From: an uncultured Omnitrophica bacterium
GTDB taxonomy: Bacteria > Omnitrophota > Gorgyraeia > JACQQV01
Length of the DNA: 64,000 nt
Reading direction: 5' to 3'
Assembly (NCBI GenBank): GCA_947085655.1
Contig: CAMTXH010000005.1
Location: 6,110-70,109, forward strand
Position numbers and translations under genes: made by a program
The notes under the pieces: model-generated
Told to the model about the DNA's origin: nothing
What the model saw: only the letters and a program-made list of their open reading frames with translations
The model's database searches: none
Shown here: in pieces, positions 30,960-42,300 of the stretch
Numbering within the stretch: the first letter of the stretch is position 1
Layout: every line of letters starts with the position of its first letter

Positions 30960-32052
30960 TTAGCAAAGTTTCCCGTAACGTCTCTTCCAGTGTCTCTGCA
31001 ATAGCGCCGTGTCCGGCAGAAGTCCAGTGTCCGTCATCTCTTTCAAAATAAAGCCGTTCCTTCCTGTTTGACATTTGCAACCTTTCAAAGGGGTCCGTCA
31101 CGGCGTATCCCCATTCTTCAAGAAGTTCGCTCAGTTCCAGGTAAAGAGGAGACCGGGCACCGGAGGAGACTTCTCCGGAAAGAGGGACCGTCAAAAAGAG
31201 GAGCTCCGCTTCAAGTTCCTTGCAGTTTTTCTGAAAGGCCTCAAAGAGGAGGCGGATAAAACGCTCTTCTCCTTTCGGATCATGGGTCCCCCATTGAAAA
31301 ATGTTTTTTAATTTCGGATAGAGAAGGGTCTGTTTTTCGAGGAAGGCGAGAAACGGATTCGTTTCGGGATAAGGTGTCATGCCGACGCGGGTGCGCGGAG
31401 GAAGACGGATGGCTTTTCGCTCTTCTCCAGAGGAGGGACGTCTCGGAACCGGAACGCCTTGGAGGTGAAGCACCCCTTTCTTCACAATAAAATAGGGCTT
31501 GGGGTAGGTGTGGTTGACCCGGAGGAAAAGGTCGAATAAATCCGCATAGTTCAGCGCCACAATCACCATGTCCGGGCGGTACCGTTTCCCTTCCGTGTCG
31601 AAGAAGAGAAACATCTGGTCCGGTCCGTATCCGGGGACACCCGCATTGATGACTTCGATTTCGCCGTTCAAGCGCGCCTCGAGCCGCTCCGTAAACCGGT
31701 CTTTTTCCTGAACACCATAACCCCAGACAAAGGAGTCCCCCAACACCAAAACCCTCGGCTTTTCGGAACGTTCATAGGGATACTCCTTGCCCCGGAGCCC
31801 CTTGGCATTGATCGCCACCCAGGTGGTCGCCTCATGGGTCTGGAAAGTGCCCTGGGCATGAGGGCGGTTTTTCCATCCGAGGAGTGGGTCGTATTCAAAG
31901 AAGGTGAAGACATCCTGAGGGGCTCTTTGCTGAACTTGGGCAACGCGGTAATCTCTCCGGATCTCTTTCAATTGGAGGAACCCTTCCAAAAGAAAAAAGG
32001 GGGTTATGAGGGCAACCCCAAAGAGAAGAAGGCGCTTCAAAAACCACATCAT
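30940..32052 (-). CDS. SGNH/GDSL hydrolase family protein
   Basis: LVLGDSFVWG, VINAGVPGYG, DGHW. Confidence 0.9.
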   Translation of the reverse strand: MMWFLKRLLLFGVALITPFFLLEGFLQLKEIRRDYRVAQVQQRAPQDVFTFFEYDPLLGWKNRPHAQGTFQTHEATTWVAINAKGLRGKEYPYERSEKPRVLVLGDSFVWGYGVQEKDRFTERLEARLNGEIEVINAGVPGYGPDQMFLFFDTEGKRYRPDMVIVALNYADLFDLFLRVNHTYPKPYFIVKKGVLHLQGVPVPRRPSSGEERKAIRLPPRTRVGMTPYPETNPFLAFLEKQTLLYPKLKNIFQWGTHDPKGEERFIRLLFEAFQKNCKELEAELLFLTVPLSGEVSSGARSPLYLELSELLEEWGYAVTDPFERLQMSNRKERLYFERDDGHWTSAGHGAIAETLEETLRETLLINREDK

Positions 32053-32074
32053 GGCCCATATTTTATCACGATTT

Positions 32075-32112
32075 TTAACTGCGATTTAACATATTGTTAA
32101 TCTTTTTGAAAC
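32075..32112 (+). promoter_or_regulatory. Candidate Pho-box-like 11-bp-periodic repeats
   Basis: ttaac (32075), ttaac (32086), ttaat (32097), gaaac (32108). Confidence 0.5.
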
Positions 32113-32151
32113 GTGCGGAGTTAAAAATACATCCAAAAAAGGGGGAATACC

Positions 32152-33441
32152 ATGAAACGGTTGAAGAAACTTTTTGCCTGTTACCTTGTTTTTATGTTTC
32201 TCTGGCTGAATATCGCCTGGGCGGATGAGGGGATGGACCGGGAAGGCGAATCCCAGATGCTCCGTCAGGAGATCCAACTGCTCAAACAGCGACTCACGGA
32301 GTTGGAGCGCCGGCTGGAAAGGGCGGAGACAAGGGTCCAGCTCAGCGAAGGGCCGCCCCTCCCCGCGGAGCGTTATAAGGTCCCCGACTATCTTCATGAT
32401 CTGACCATCAGCGGCATTGCGGCGGCTTCCGGGACGTATAACTTCAACGAACCGAATGACCGCTTGAACCGCTTCCATCAGTTTGACAATGCCGCCAACA
32501 ATTTCCAGGTGGATACGGTGGAGCTGATTTTCCACAAGCACCCGGAAGAGGGGGTCGGATTTCGGACCGATCTTGTCTTTGCGGAGATCGCCGATCAGAT
32601 CGCTTCAACGAACACCTCTTCCTCAGACAACATGGATGTCCAGCAGGCCTATGTGAACTATCGTGTTTCAGTCGATGATCGCCCCCTTGATCTCTGGCTT
32701 GGGAAATATGTGACGCTGGCAGGGGCGGAGGTGATCGAGGATCCTTCCAACTATAACTGGAACATTACCCATTCATTTATGTTTTATTATGCGATTCCCT
32801 TTGCCCAGACCGGGGCGCGGGCTACCTATGCGCCCGTCGACTGGGCCACTGTCATCGCCGGTGTTAACAACGGTTGGGATGTGGTCCACGACAACAACCA
32901 TTCCAAGACCCTTGAGACAGGCCTCGGACTCACACCGTATGACTGGCTCAGCTGGTTCACCTCCTTTTATCACGGGGCGGAACAGGCGGCCGACCAGGGA
33001 AATCAAAGATCTATGGTCAGCAGTGTCCTGACCCTCAAACCGATGGAGAATCTCACTGCAATGGTTGACACCGTTTACGGTTTTGAAGAAGATGCTGTTT
33101 CGACCACGCAGGATGCGGAATGGTGGGGGATTGCAGGGTACCTTCGCTACATGCTCACCGAAAAATGGGGGCTTTCGGGCCGCTTGGAGTTTTTCGACGA
33201 TAACGATGGTATTCGCACTCTCGGAACCTCTGGAGGTGGATCCGCAAACGGCGGACCGGGCAGCCGCACCCCGCAAGAGTTGTGGGAAGCGACCGTGACG
33301 ACAGACTACACCCTCTATCCGGGACTGGTCTGCCGTCTCGAATACCGTCACGACGAGTCAGACCAGAATCTCTTCCAGGATAAAGGGACTTCCGACGACT
33401 CACAGGATCTTGTCACCTTCCAGGCCCTCTATTTCTTTTAA
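32152..33441 (+). CDS. Outer-membrane beta-barrel porin (BBP2/DUF1597-like)
   Basis: Signal peptide, N-terminal coiled coil, VQQAYV, GKYVTLAGAEVIE, NNGWD, RLEYRHD, C-terminal Phe. Confidence 0.85.
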   Translation: MKRLKKLFACYLVFMFLWLNIAWADEGMDREGESQMLRQEIQLLKQRLTELERRLERAETRVQLSEGPPLPAERYKVPDYLHDLTISGIAAASGTYNFNEPNDRLNRFHQFDNAANNFQVDTVELIFHKHPEEGVGFRTDLVFAEIADQIASTNTSSSDNMDVQQAYVNYRVSVDDRPLDLWLGKYVTLAGAEVIEDPSNYNWNITHSFMFYYAIPFAQTGARATYAPVDWATVIAGVNNGWDVVHDNNHSKTLETGLGLTPYDWLSWFTSFYHGAEQAADQGNQRSMVSSVLTLKPMENLTAMVDTVYGFEEDAVSTTQDAEWWGIAGYLRYMLTEKWGLSGRLEFFDDNDGIRTLGTSGGGSANGGPGSRTPQELWEATVTTDYTLYPGLVCRLEYRHDESDQNLFQDKGTSDDSQDLVTFQALYFF

Positions 33442-33459
33442 TCCTTCCTAAGCCCTCCT

Positions 33460-33506
33460 TTGGGGCGCCCGTTATTTTTGAGCGAACGGGCGCCCCATTT
33501 TATTTT
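33460..33506 (+). terminator. Intrinsic terminator after the porin gene
   Basis: tggggcgcccgtt...aacgggcgcccca followed by ttttatttt. Confidence 0.75.
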
Positions 33507-33569
33507 GGATGCCTTGACCCCTCGTTTTTTCTATAGTAGGATAAATGCATTACGGAAGAGGAGGAGACG

Positions 33570-33788
33570 ATGGGCCTCATGTGGGAAGACAAGGATTTAA
33601 TTGCGGAGAAACTTTACGAAAAATTTCCGGATACGGATCCGCTCTCCATCCGATTCACGGACCTTCACAAGTGGATTACGGAGCTCGAAGATTTCACGGA
33701 TGACCCGAAGCGCTCAAGCGAAGGGATGCTCGAGGGGATCCAGATGGCTTGGGTTGAGCTGGTTCAGGACCAGGAGGACATACCGTGA
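33570..33788 (+). CDS. iscX: Fe-S cluster assembly protein IscX
   Basis: DP..IRFTDLHKWI.ELEDF.DDP.RSSE..LEGIQMAW pattern. Confidence 0.9.
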   Translation: MGLMWEDKDLIAEKLYEKFPDTDPLSIRFTDLHKWITELEDFTDDPKRSSEGMLEGIQMAWVELVQDQEDIP

Positions 33789-34714
33789 CCCGTCGTCGGG
33801 TCATCATCATCGGTTCCGGCTCTGCGGGTTTGACCGCCGCGATTTATGCCTCCCGGGCGAATCTGACCCCCCTTCTTTTTGAAGGGCCGCTTATCGGCGG
33901 CCAACTTTCCCTCACGACGATGGTGGAGAATTATCCCGGTTTTCCGGACGGTGTCATGGGTCCTGATTTGATGGAACAGACCAAAAGACAGGCGGTCCGT
34001 TTCGGGACGGAGATCATCTCAAAATTGGTCAACCGCGTTGATTTTTCCAAGCGGCCGTTCCGGATTTGGGCCGACAAGGAAATCTATGAGGCGGAAAGTG
34101 TCATTATTTCAACCGGCGCTTCTTCCCGGATGCTGGGGCTTGACTCGGAAAAGAAACTTTTGGGACACGGGGTTTCCACCTGCGCGACCTGCGACGGATT
34201 TTTCTTCAAGGGGAAGGAAATCGTCGTGGTGGGTGGGGGCGACTCGGCGATGGAGGAGTCCACGTTTCTCACGAAATTTGCCAGCAAGGTGAATGTGGTT
34301 CATCGCCGGGACAAACTCCGCGCTTCAAAGATTATGCAGGAACGGGCCCAGAAAAATCCAAAAATCGAATTCATTTGGGACACGGTCGTGGAAGACATTT
34401 TGGATCCGTCCCAGAAAAAGGTTACCGCTTTGAAGTTGAAAAACGTCAAGACCGGAAAAGTCGCCGAGAAAAAGTGCGAGGGGGTATTTCTGGCAATCGG
34501 TCATGAACCCAATACCAAAATCTTTCGGGGACAGATTGCTCTTGACAAGAAAGGGTATATCACGACCCAAGAAAACACCCAAACTTCTGTCAAGGGAGTC
34601 TTTGCCGCGGGAGACTGCGTGGACCATGTCTACCGGCAGGCGGTGACTGCCGCAGGCATGGGGTGCATGGCCGCGATGGACGCAGAACGATATCTAGAGG
34701 CAAATCCCATCTAG
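33785..34714 (+). CDS. trxB: Thioredoxin-disulfide reductase
   Basis: IIGSG, ENYPGF, CATCDG, GGGDSAMEE, VFAAGD. Confidence 0.97.
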   Translation: MTRRRVIIIGSGSAGLTAAIYASRANLTPLLFEGPLIGGQLSLTTMVENYPGFPDGVMGPDLMEQTKRQAVRFGTEIISKLVNRVDFSKRPFRIWADKEIYEAESVIISTGASSRMLGLDSEKKLLGHGVSTCATCDGFFFKGKEIVVVGGGDSAMEESTFLTKFASKVNVVHRRDKLRASKIMQERAQKNPKIEFIWDTVVEDILDPSQKKVTALKLKNVKTGKVAEKKCEGVFLAIGHEPNTKIFRGQIALDKKGYITTQENTQTSVKGVFAAGDCVDHVYRQAVTAAGMGCMAAMDAERYLEANPI

Positions 34715-34795
34715 ATATTGTGTTTTTCCTTCCAAGCAATTCTTTAACTCATTGAGAAAATTAGGGTTACGTAACATCCCCACTACACGTTACCC

Positions 34796-34824
34796 TTGAC
34801 GTTTATCCTGCCCTTTAGTAAAAT
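34796..34824 (+). promoter_or_regulatory. Promoter of the pur operon
   Basis: TTGACG, 17 bp spacer, TAAAAT. Confidence 0.7.
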
Positions 34825-34847
34825 AGTTTATTTGGGATTCCTTATAG

Positions 34848-36140
<1,293 letters not shown>

Positions 36141-36157
36141 TACAAAAGGAGCTTGTG

Positions 36158-36862
36158 ATGAAAAAAGGGAAACTCTTCTATGAAGGAAAAGCAAAAAAAC
36201 TTTATGCGACGGATGACCCGGATCTTGTGATCCAGGAGTTTAAGGACGATGCCACCGCCTTTAACGCGCAAAAGCGGGGGACCATTCAGGAAAAGGGGAT
36301 CATGAACAATGCCATCTCCGCAAAAATTTTTTCGCTTTTGGAGTCGAAAAAAATTCCGACCCATTTCGTGAAACAACTGAACGACCGGGACATGCTCGTC
36401 AAACGCCTTGAAATCATCCCCATCGAGGTGACGATCCGGAACATCACCGCCGGCGGGATGGCAAAACTTCTGGGGATCGAAGAGGGAGGGCGGTTGGCAT
36501 TTCCCGTTCTGGAATACCATTACAAGCGGGACGATCTGGGGGATCCCCTCTTTAATGAATACCATATTTTCACGTTGAAACTTGCCACACGGGAGGAACT
36601 GCAAAAAATCAACGAGTATTCCTTCGCGATCAATCAGATTCTGATCGATTTCTTCAAGGCGAAGAATATCGACCTGGTCGATTTCAAGCTCGAGTTCGGC
36701 CGGCATAAGGGAGCGATTCTTTTGGGCGATGAATTTTCGCCGGATACTTCCCGTCTTTGGGAGAGGGGAACCGGCGAAAAACTGGACAAGGATCGTTTCC
36801 GCCGCGACCTTGGGAAGGTCGAGGAAGCGTATCAGGAAGTCTACCGCCGCGTGGTGCAATGA
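36158..36862 (+). CDS. purC: SAICAR synthase
   Basis: YEGKAK, FKDDATAFN, LVDFKLEFG, LDKDRFRRDLG. Alternative start 36137. Confidence 0.96.
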   Translation: MKKGKLFYEGKAKKLYATDDPDLVIQEFKDDATAFNAQKRGTIQEKGIMNNAISAKIFSLLESKKIPTHFVKQLNDRDMLVKRLEIIPIEVTIRNITAGGMAKLLGIEEGGRLAFPVLEYHYKRDDLGDPLFNEYHIFTLKLATREELQKINEYSFAINQILIDFFKAKNIDLVDFKLEFGRHKGAILLGDEFSPDTSRLWERGTGEKLDKDRFRRDLGKVEEAYQEVYRRVVQ

Positions 36863-37119
36863 AACTGAATACACTCTTGGTCAAGATGCACGTTCGTCTC
36901 AAACCGGGCGTCCTCGACCCGCAGGGAATCGCCACACGGCAGGCCCTTGAGGCGATGGGATACCGGGGCGTTGAGGATGTCCGGGTCGGGAAGCTGATCG
37001 AACTCCGCTTTCACGGTAAAAGCAGGCAGGCGGTGGAAAAAGAGGTGGCGGAGATGGGAAAGCGGATTCTTTCCAATCCGGTCATCGAGACCTTTGACTA
37101 CGAAATCGAGGATGCATGA
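36859..37119 (+). CDS. purS: FGAM synthase subunit PurS
   Basis: LKPGVLDPQG, VRVGK, LSNPVIE. Confidence 0.95.
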   Translation: MKLNTLLVKMHVRLKPGVLDPQGIATRQALEAMGYRGVEDVRVGKLIELRFHGKSRQAVEKEVAEMGKRILSNPVIETFDYEIEDA

Positions 37120-37895
37120 GGGGGAAAAGATTCCTTTCCGAACTTTGGAGGGCTTTGAGTTCCGTCTCCTTCTACCAGGAACTTCCCAAGCGTTCGCTGC
37201 CGGAGGCGCTGAAGTACTTTTCGTTTTTAATTCTTTTGGCGGCTTTTCTTCTTTCCGTCCGGTTCTCGATCGACAGCTTCAGGATGCTGTCTCTTTTCGA
37301 ACTCTGGAGCCGGGAACGTCTCCCGGAAATTGTGATCGAAAAGGGGAAGGTCTCCGCGGATGTGCCGCAGCCCTGGGTGGAGGAGGGGGATCATTTTGTC
37401 ATGGTGATTGATACAACCGGAAAGGTCCGCCGGATTGATCATGCGGTTTCACAAGGCATCCTTTTGACGGAAGACCGTCTTTATCTGAAACGGGGTCCGT
37501 TTGAGACGCGGGAATACGATCTTTCCCGCATCGAACACTTTCTTTTGAATGCCGAGACGGTGGGGCGCTTGCGGCGGATCGGTCACTGGACACTCCCTCC
37601 CCTTCTTCTTGTCTTTTTGTTCGTCTATTTCTGGATCGGGAAGTTGACACAGGTCCTCTTTTTCAGTCTGGTGAGTCTTTTGGCGAATTGGGCGGCGAGG
37701 CGCCGGCTTTCCTACCAAGCACTCTTGGCGATCGGGTTTTATGCGCTGACGCCGCCGCTTGCATTCTTCTGTCTCGTATCGCTTTTGGGGATGCATCTTC
37801 CGTTCTTCAGCATTATCTATCTTTCCGCCTATGCGGCCCTTTTGGTTGCCGTCGTGCTGCAGGTCAATCCGCCGAGACCGGAGGTCGAACCATGA
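37116..37895 (+). CDS. DUF1189-like membrane protein
   Basis: One TM helix, extracytoplasmic region with VIDTTG, several C-terminal TM helices with YALTPP. Confidence 0.7.
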   Translation: MRGKRFLSELWRALSSVSFYQELPKRSLPEALKYFSFLILLAAFLLSVRFSIDSFRMLSLFELWSRERLPEIVIEKGKVSADVPQPWVEEGDHFVMVIDTTGKVRRIDHAVSQGILLTEDRLYLKRGPFETREYDLSRIEHFLLNAETVGRLRRIGHWTLPPLLLVFLFVYFWIGKLTQVLFFSLVSLLANWAARRRLSYQALLAIGFYALTPPLAFFCLVSLLGMHLPFFSIIYLSAYAALLVAVVLQVNPPRPEVEP

Positions 37896-38575
37896 GATTC
37901 GGCGTGGTGGTCTTTCCCGGCTCAAACTGCGATGAGGACTGCCGTCATGTGCTGACCGACGTGATGAGGCAGAAGGTCCGGATGGTCTGGCACAAGGAAC
38001 GGGATCTTTCAGGATTGGACTGTGTGGTTCTCCCGGGAGGATTCAGTTACGGCGATTATCTCCGAAGCGGGGCGATTGCGCGGTTCAGCCCGGTGATGAA
38101 GGAAGTCATTGCTTATGCCAAGAAGGGAAAACCGGTCATCGGGATCTGCAACGGATTTCAGATTCTCCTTGAAGCGGGACTTCTGCCGGGGGCGATGCTC
38201 CGGAATCGAACGCTCCATTTTATCTGCCGGCCGGTGCATCTGAAGGCGGAGACAGACCAAACGCCGTTTACGAACCGAATTAGGAAGGGAACGGTACTGA
38301 CGCTTCCGATCGCCCATAACGAAGGGAATTATTTTGCCGATCCGAAGACATTGGAGGAACTGGAGGAAGGGGAACAGGTGGTCTTCCGCTATTGCGATCC
38401 GAAGGGTCATGTGACGGACGAGGCGAACCCGAACGGCTCCCTTCGCAACATCGCCGGGATTTGCAACCCAAAACGGAATATCCTCGGACTCATGCCGCAT
38501 CCGGAGCGGGCTTCGGAGACGGCTCTCGGTTCGGAGGACGGCCGTAAAATTTTTGAGTCTTTAATGAGTGCATGA
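37892..38575 (+). CDS. purQ: FGAM synthase subunit PurQ
   Basis: [31 protein letters not shown]. Confidence 0.97.
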   Translation: MRFGVVVFPGSNCDEDCRHVLTDVMRQKVRMVWHKERDLSGLDCVVLPGGFSYGDYLRSGAIARFSPVMKEVIAYAKKGKPVIGICNGFQILLEAGLLPGAMLRNRTLHFICRPVHLKAETDQTPFTNRIRKGTVLTLPIAHNEGNYFADPKTLEELEEGEQVVFRYCDPKGHVTDEANPNGSLRNIAGICNPKRNILGLMPHPERASETALGSEDGRKIFESLMSA

Positions 38576-38657
38576 GTGATGGAACGAAGTGACATAACTC
38601 ATTTGCGCGAATTAAATCCGCCGAAGCTGAATGCGAAAGCAATTCAGCGAAGGCGGA
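38572..38657 (+). repeat. Two REP-like hairpins between purQ and purL
   Basis: atgagtgatg-GA-ac-gaa-gt-GA-cataactcat and tccgcc-GAA-gctgaat...attcagc-GAA-ggcgga. Confidence 0.7.
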
Positions 38658-38674
38658 GCACAAAAGCCGTTACC

Positions 38675-40894
38675 ATGACCACCGCAACTCCCGAAAGGGA
38701 AATCAAGGAGATCGCCCGCCACCACGGCGTGACGGACGAAGAATACCAAAAGATCGTTTCCCGTCTGGGGCGGGTCCCCACCGTGACGGAGATAGGGATG
38801 TACGGCGTGATGTATTCGGAGCACTGCTCCTATAAGTCGTCCAAGCCGGTTCTCCGGCTTTTCCCGATGGAGGGAGCGCGCGTTCTGGTCAAGGCGGGGG
38901 AGGAAAATGCGGGGGTGGTGGATATCGGGGACGGGCTTGCGGTGGTGTTTAAAATTGAGTCCCACAACCATCCCTCCGCCGTGGAACCGTTTCAGGGGGC
39001 GGCCACAGGAGTCGGAGGCATTCTCCGGGATATCTTCACCATGGGGGCAAGACCCGTGGCTCTTTTAAATTCCCTCCGGTTCGGGGATCTTTCCAAACCG
39101 CGCGTGAAACAACTTTTAAAAGGGGTTGTCTCCGGCATTGCCCATTACGGGAATTGCATCGGGGTCCCCACCGTCGGCGGAGAGATTGCATTTGATGAAA
39201 GTTACGAAGGAAACCCTCTTGTGAATGTGGTCTGTGTCGGCGTTGTGAAGAAAAAAGATCTGGTAAAAGCGCGTGCCAAAGGGGCCGGAAACCCGGTCTT
39301 TTATGTGGGGGCCGCAACCGGCCGGGACGGACTCGGGGGGGCGAGTTTTGCTTCGCGGGAGTTGACCGAAACTTCCGAGGAAGACCGGCCTGCGGTTCAG
39401 GTCGCGGATCCGTTTCTGGAGAAACTCCTTCTGGAGGCCTGTCTTGAGTTAATCCAATCCGGCGCGGTCGTCGGGATTCAGGATATGGGTGCAGCCGGGC
39501 TCACCTGCTCCACCTGCGAAACCGCTTCCCGCGGCGGCACCGGCATTGAAATCGATATCGCCAAGGTTCCCCGGCGGGAAGAGGGAATGACGCCGTATGA
39601 AGTGATGCTTTCGGAATCACAGGAGCGGATGCTTATTATTGTCCAAAAGGGGAGGGAACAGGTGGCGGAGCGAATTTTCCGGAAATGGGACCTTCATGCG
39701 GCACGGATCGGACAGGTGACCCGTTCCACGCTTTTGCGGGTTACCGAAAACGGAGGTCTTGCGGCTGAAATTCCGGCCACTTCTTTGACGGACGAGGCAC
39801 CGGTCTATCAGCGCCCGGCAAAAAAACCGGCCGCCTCCAAAGAAAAAATCCGTCTTGATGAAATTCCCCAGACGGATCTTACAGAGAGCTTCCGGACGCT
39901 TCTTGCCTCGCCGACGATTGCAAGCAAAGCATGGGTCTATGAACAGTACGATCACATGGTTCAGACCAACACCGTCGTTCTTCCGGGGCGGGGGACCTCC
40001 GCGATCCGCTTGAAAGGGACGAAGAAGTTTTTGGCGATGACAACCGACGGAAACGGGACGCATGTTGCGCTGGACCCGTACCGCGGCGGGATGATGGCGG
40101 TGTGCGAGGCGGCACGGAATCTTGTCGTGGCGGGAGCTACCCCGATCGGCCTTTCGGATTGCCTCAACTTCGGAAGCCCGGAGGACCCTGAAATCTTCTG
40201 GCAGTTTAAGGAGTGTGTCCGCGGGATGGCGGAGGCCTGTCGCATCCTTTCCATTCCGGTGACTGGCGGGAATGTGAGTTTCTACAATGAAAGCCCGAAG
40301 GGGGCGATTGACCCGACGCCGATTGTGGCGATGGTCGGGTTGATCGAAGGATTCCAGCCGGTGACGGGGGATTTCAAAGAGGAAGGGGACGCGGTCATTC
40401 TTTTGGGAAAGACCCAGGAGGCGCTTGGGGGGAGCGAATATTTGAAGGTGGCTCACCGTCATAAAATCGGTTCCCTTCCGGAAATAGATCTCATGCAGGA
40501 AAAAGCACTGCAGCGCTTTTTGCTTTCGGAAATCAAGGAAGGGCGCGTGAAATCGGCCCATGACCTTTCGGAGGGGGGACTTGCGGTGGCGGCGGCCGAG
40601 TGCACCTTTATGAATCCGGAAAGGCGAATCGGCGTCCTTTTTGAAGAAGAAGCGTTTCCAAAGATGCGGACGGATTGCTTTTTATTCGGGGAGAGCCCTT
40701 CCCGGATTCTTGTCAGCGTGGCTGAAAAAGCGGCCGATTCTTTTTGTCAGCGGGCGGTCCGAGCCGGAGTTTTTGCCGTCCGTCTCGGACGGGTCGGCGG
40801 TGACCGGATTCAATTCGGAAAAAAAATTCAGTTGCCGGTAGAGGAGGCAGAACAGATTTGGAAGGGAAGTTTCCATGAACTCTTGGGAAGATAA
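38675..40894 (+). CDS. purL: FGAM synthase subunit PurL
   Basis: SEHCSYKSS, KIESHNHPS, QDMGAAG, LSESQERM, GGNVSFYN. Frame is open upstream to 38576. Confidence 0.97.
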   Translation: MTTATPEREIKEIARHHGVTDEEYQKIVSRLGRVPTVTEIGMYGVMYSEHCSYKSSKPVLRLFPMEGARVLVKAGEENAGVVDIGDGLAVVFKIESHNHPSAVEPFQGAATGVGGILRDIFTMGARPVALLNSLRFGDLSKPRVKQLLKGVVSGIAHYGNCIGVPTVGGEIAFDESYEGNPLVNVVCVGVVKKKDLVKARAKGAGNPVFYVGAATGRDGLGGASFASRELTETSEEDRPAVQVADPFLEKLLLEACLELIQSGAVVGIQDMGAAGLTCSTCETASRGGTGIEIDIAKVPRREEGMTPYEVMLSESQERMLIIVQKGREQVAERIFRKWDLHAARIGQVTRSTLLRVTENGGLAAEIPATSLTDEAPVYQRPAKKPAASKEKIRLDEIPQTDLTESFRTLLASPTIASKAWVYEQYDHMVQTNTVVLPGRGTSAIRLKGTKKFLAMTTDGNGTHVALDPYRGGMMAVCEAARNLVVAGATPIGLSDCLNFGSPEDPEIFWQFKECVRGMAEACRILSIPVTGGNVSFYNESPKGAIDPTPIVAMVGLIEGFQPVTGDFKEEGDAVILLGKTQEALGGSEYLKVAHRHKIGSLPEIDLMQEKALQRFLLSEIKEGRVKSAHDLSEGGLAVAAAECTFMNPERRIGVLFEEEAFPKMRTDCFLFGESPSRILVSVAEKAADSFCQRAVRAGVFAVRLGRVGGDRIQFGKKIQLPVEEAEQIWKGSFHELLGR

Positions 40895-42293
40895 ACCGGA
40901 AGAGTCTTGCGGCGTTTTTGGGGTGTACGGGCATCCGGATGCGGTGCACCTGGCGTATCTGGGTCTTTATGCGCTTCAGCATCGGGGGGAGGAATCGGCC
41001 GGAATCGTCTCTTCCGACGGAAACCAGACGTATGTCCATCGGGGTCTTGGATTGGTGGGGGAAGTCTTTGATGAAGAGGCCCTTGCCCGGTTAAAGGGGC
41101 ACCTGGCCATCGGGCACACCCGGTATTCCACGACCGGGTCCACCCTCCTCAAGAATGCGCAACCGATTCTGGTCGATTATTCCCGGGGAACGATCGCCAT
41201 CGGCCATAACGGAAATCTGGTCAATGCGGATGTTCTCCGGGCGGAGTTGGAGGCGCACGGGTCCATCTTTCAGACAACGGTGGACAGCGAAATCATTCTC
41301 CATCTGATGGCCAATCCCCGCTACAGCCGGCGGGAGGAGGCGTTGGTAGACAGTCTCAAGAAATTAAAGGGGGCCTTCACCCTGGTTTTTCTGACGGAGG
41401 ATGAAATCATCGGAGCGCGAGACCCGAACGGATTCCGTCCGCTCTGGCTCGGGAAACTGGGGGATGCCCATATCCTCGCTTCGGAGGACTGTGCGCTCGA
41501 TCTGATCGGGGCAAAACGGATCCGGGAGATTGAAGCGGGGGAAGTGGTATTTATCAACAAAAACGGCGTCCGCTCCATCAAGCCGTTCGGAACGCCGACG
41601 CCGAGTTATTGCATTTTCGAACATGTTTATTTTGCCCGGCCCGACTCCACGATTTTTGACGAAAACGTCCATCAGGTCCGCCAAAAACTTGGGAGACAAC
41701 TTGCCCGCGAGCATCCCGCCGACGCGGACATCGTCATCCCGGTGCCCGATTCCGGCAATTCCGCCGCCCTCGGATTCAGTCTCGAGTCCGGAATTCCGTT
41801 CGAATTCGGCATGACCCGGAATCACTACATCGGAAGAACCTTTATCCAGCCGACCCAGAACATCCGAGATTTCAAGGTGAAAGTGAAGTTTAACCCGATC
41901 CGGGAGGTGCTGCAGGGAAAGCGGGTTGTTGTGGTGGACGATTCCATTATCCGGGGGACCACCTCCAAGGCGCGCGTCAAAAGTCTTTTTGACATGGGGG
42001 CGAAGGAGGTTCATCTCCGGGTGAGTTGTCCGCCGTCCCGGTATCCCTGTTTTTACGGCATTGATTTCCCGACCCAGAAAGAGCTGATTGCGGTGAACCA
42101 CAGTATCGAAGAGATCCGGAAATTTTTGGGGGTGACGAGTCTCGGATACCTTTCCATCGAAGGACTCCTTGCCGCCGTCAAAGGGGACAAATCCCATTAC
42201 TGCACCGCCTGTTTCAGCGGCAAATATCCGGTGGACTTCGGCGGAGAGGGGGACAAATTCAGCTTGGAGCGGAGGACCAATTGCCGGACCTGA
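40875..42293 (+). CDS. purF: Amidophosphoribosyltransferase
   Basis: Propeptide then CGVFG, QHRG, HNGNL, VDDSIIRGTT, CTACF. Confidence 0.97.
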   Translation: MNSWEDKPEESCGVFGVYGHPDAVHLAYLGLYALQHRGEESAGIVSSDGNQTYVHRGLGLVGEVFDEEALARLKGHLAIGHTRYSTTGSTLLKNAQPILVDYSRGTIAIGHNGNLVNADVLRAELEAHGSIFQTTVDSEIILHLMANPRYSRREEALVDSLKKLKGAFTLVFLTEDEIIGARDPNGFRPLWLGKLGDAHILASEDCALDLIGAKRIREIEAGEVVFINKNGVRSIKPFGTPTPSYCIFEHVYFARPDSTIFDENVHQVRQKLGRQLAREHPADADIVIPVPDSGNSAALGFSLESGIPFEFGMTRNHYIGRTFIQPTQNIRDFKVKVKFNPIREVLQGKRVVVVDDSIIRGTTSKARVKSLFDMGAKEVHLRVSCPPSRYPCFYGIDFPTQKELIAVNHSIEEIRKFLGVTSLGYLSIEGLLAAVKGDKSHYCTACFSGKYPVDFGGEGDKFSLERRTNCRT

Positions 42294-42300
42294 ACCGACG

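Noticed and set aside
34715-34847. Purine or ZTP riboswitch ahead of purB
   Set aside because: The predicted promoter leaves a leader of only about 20 nt, and no aptamer consensus is visible.
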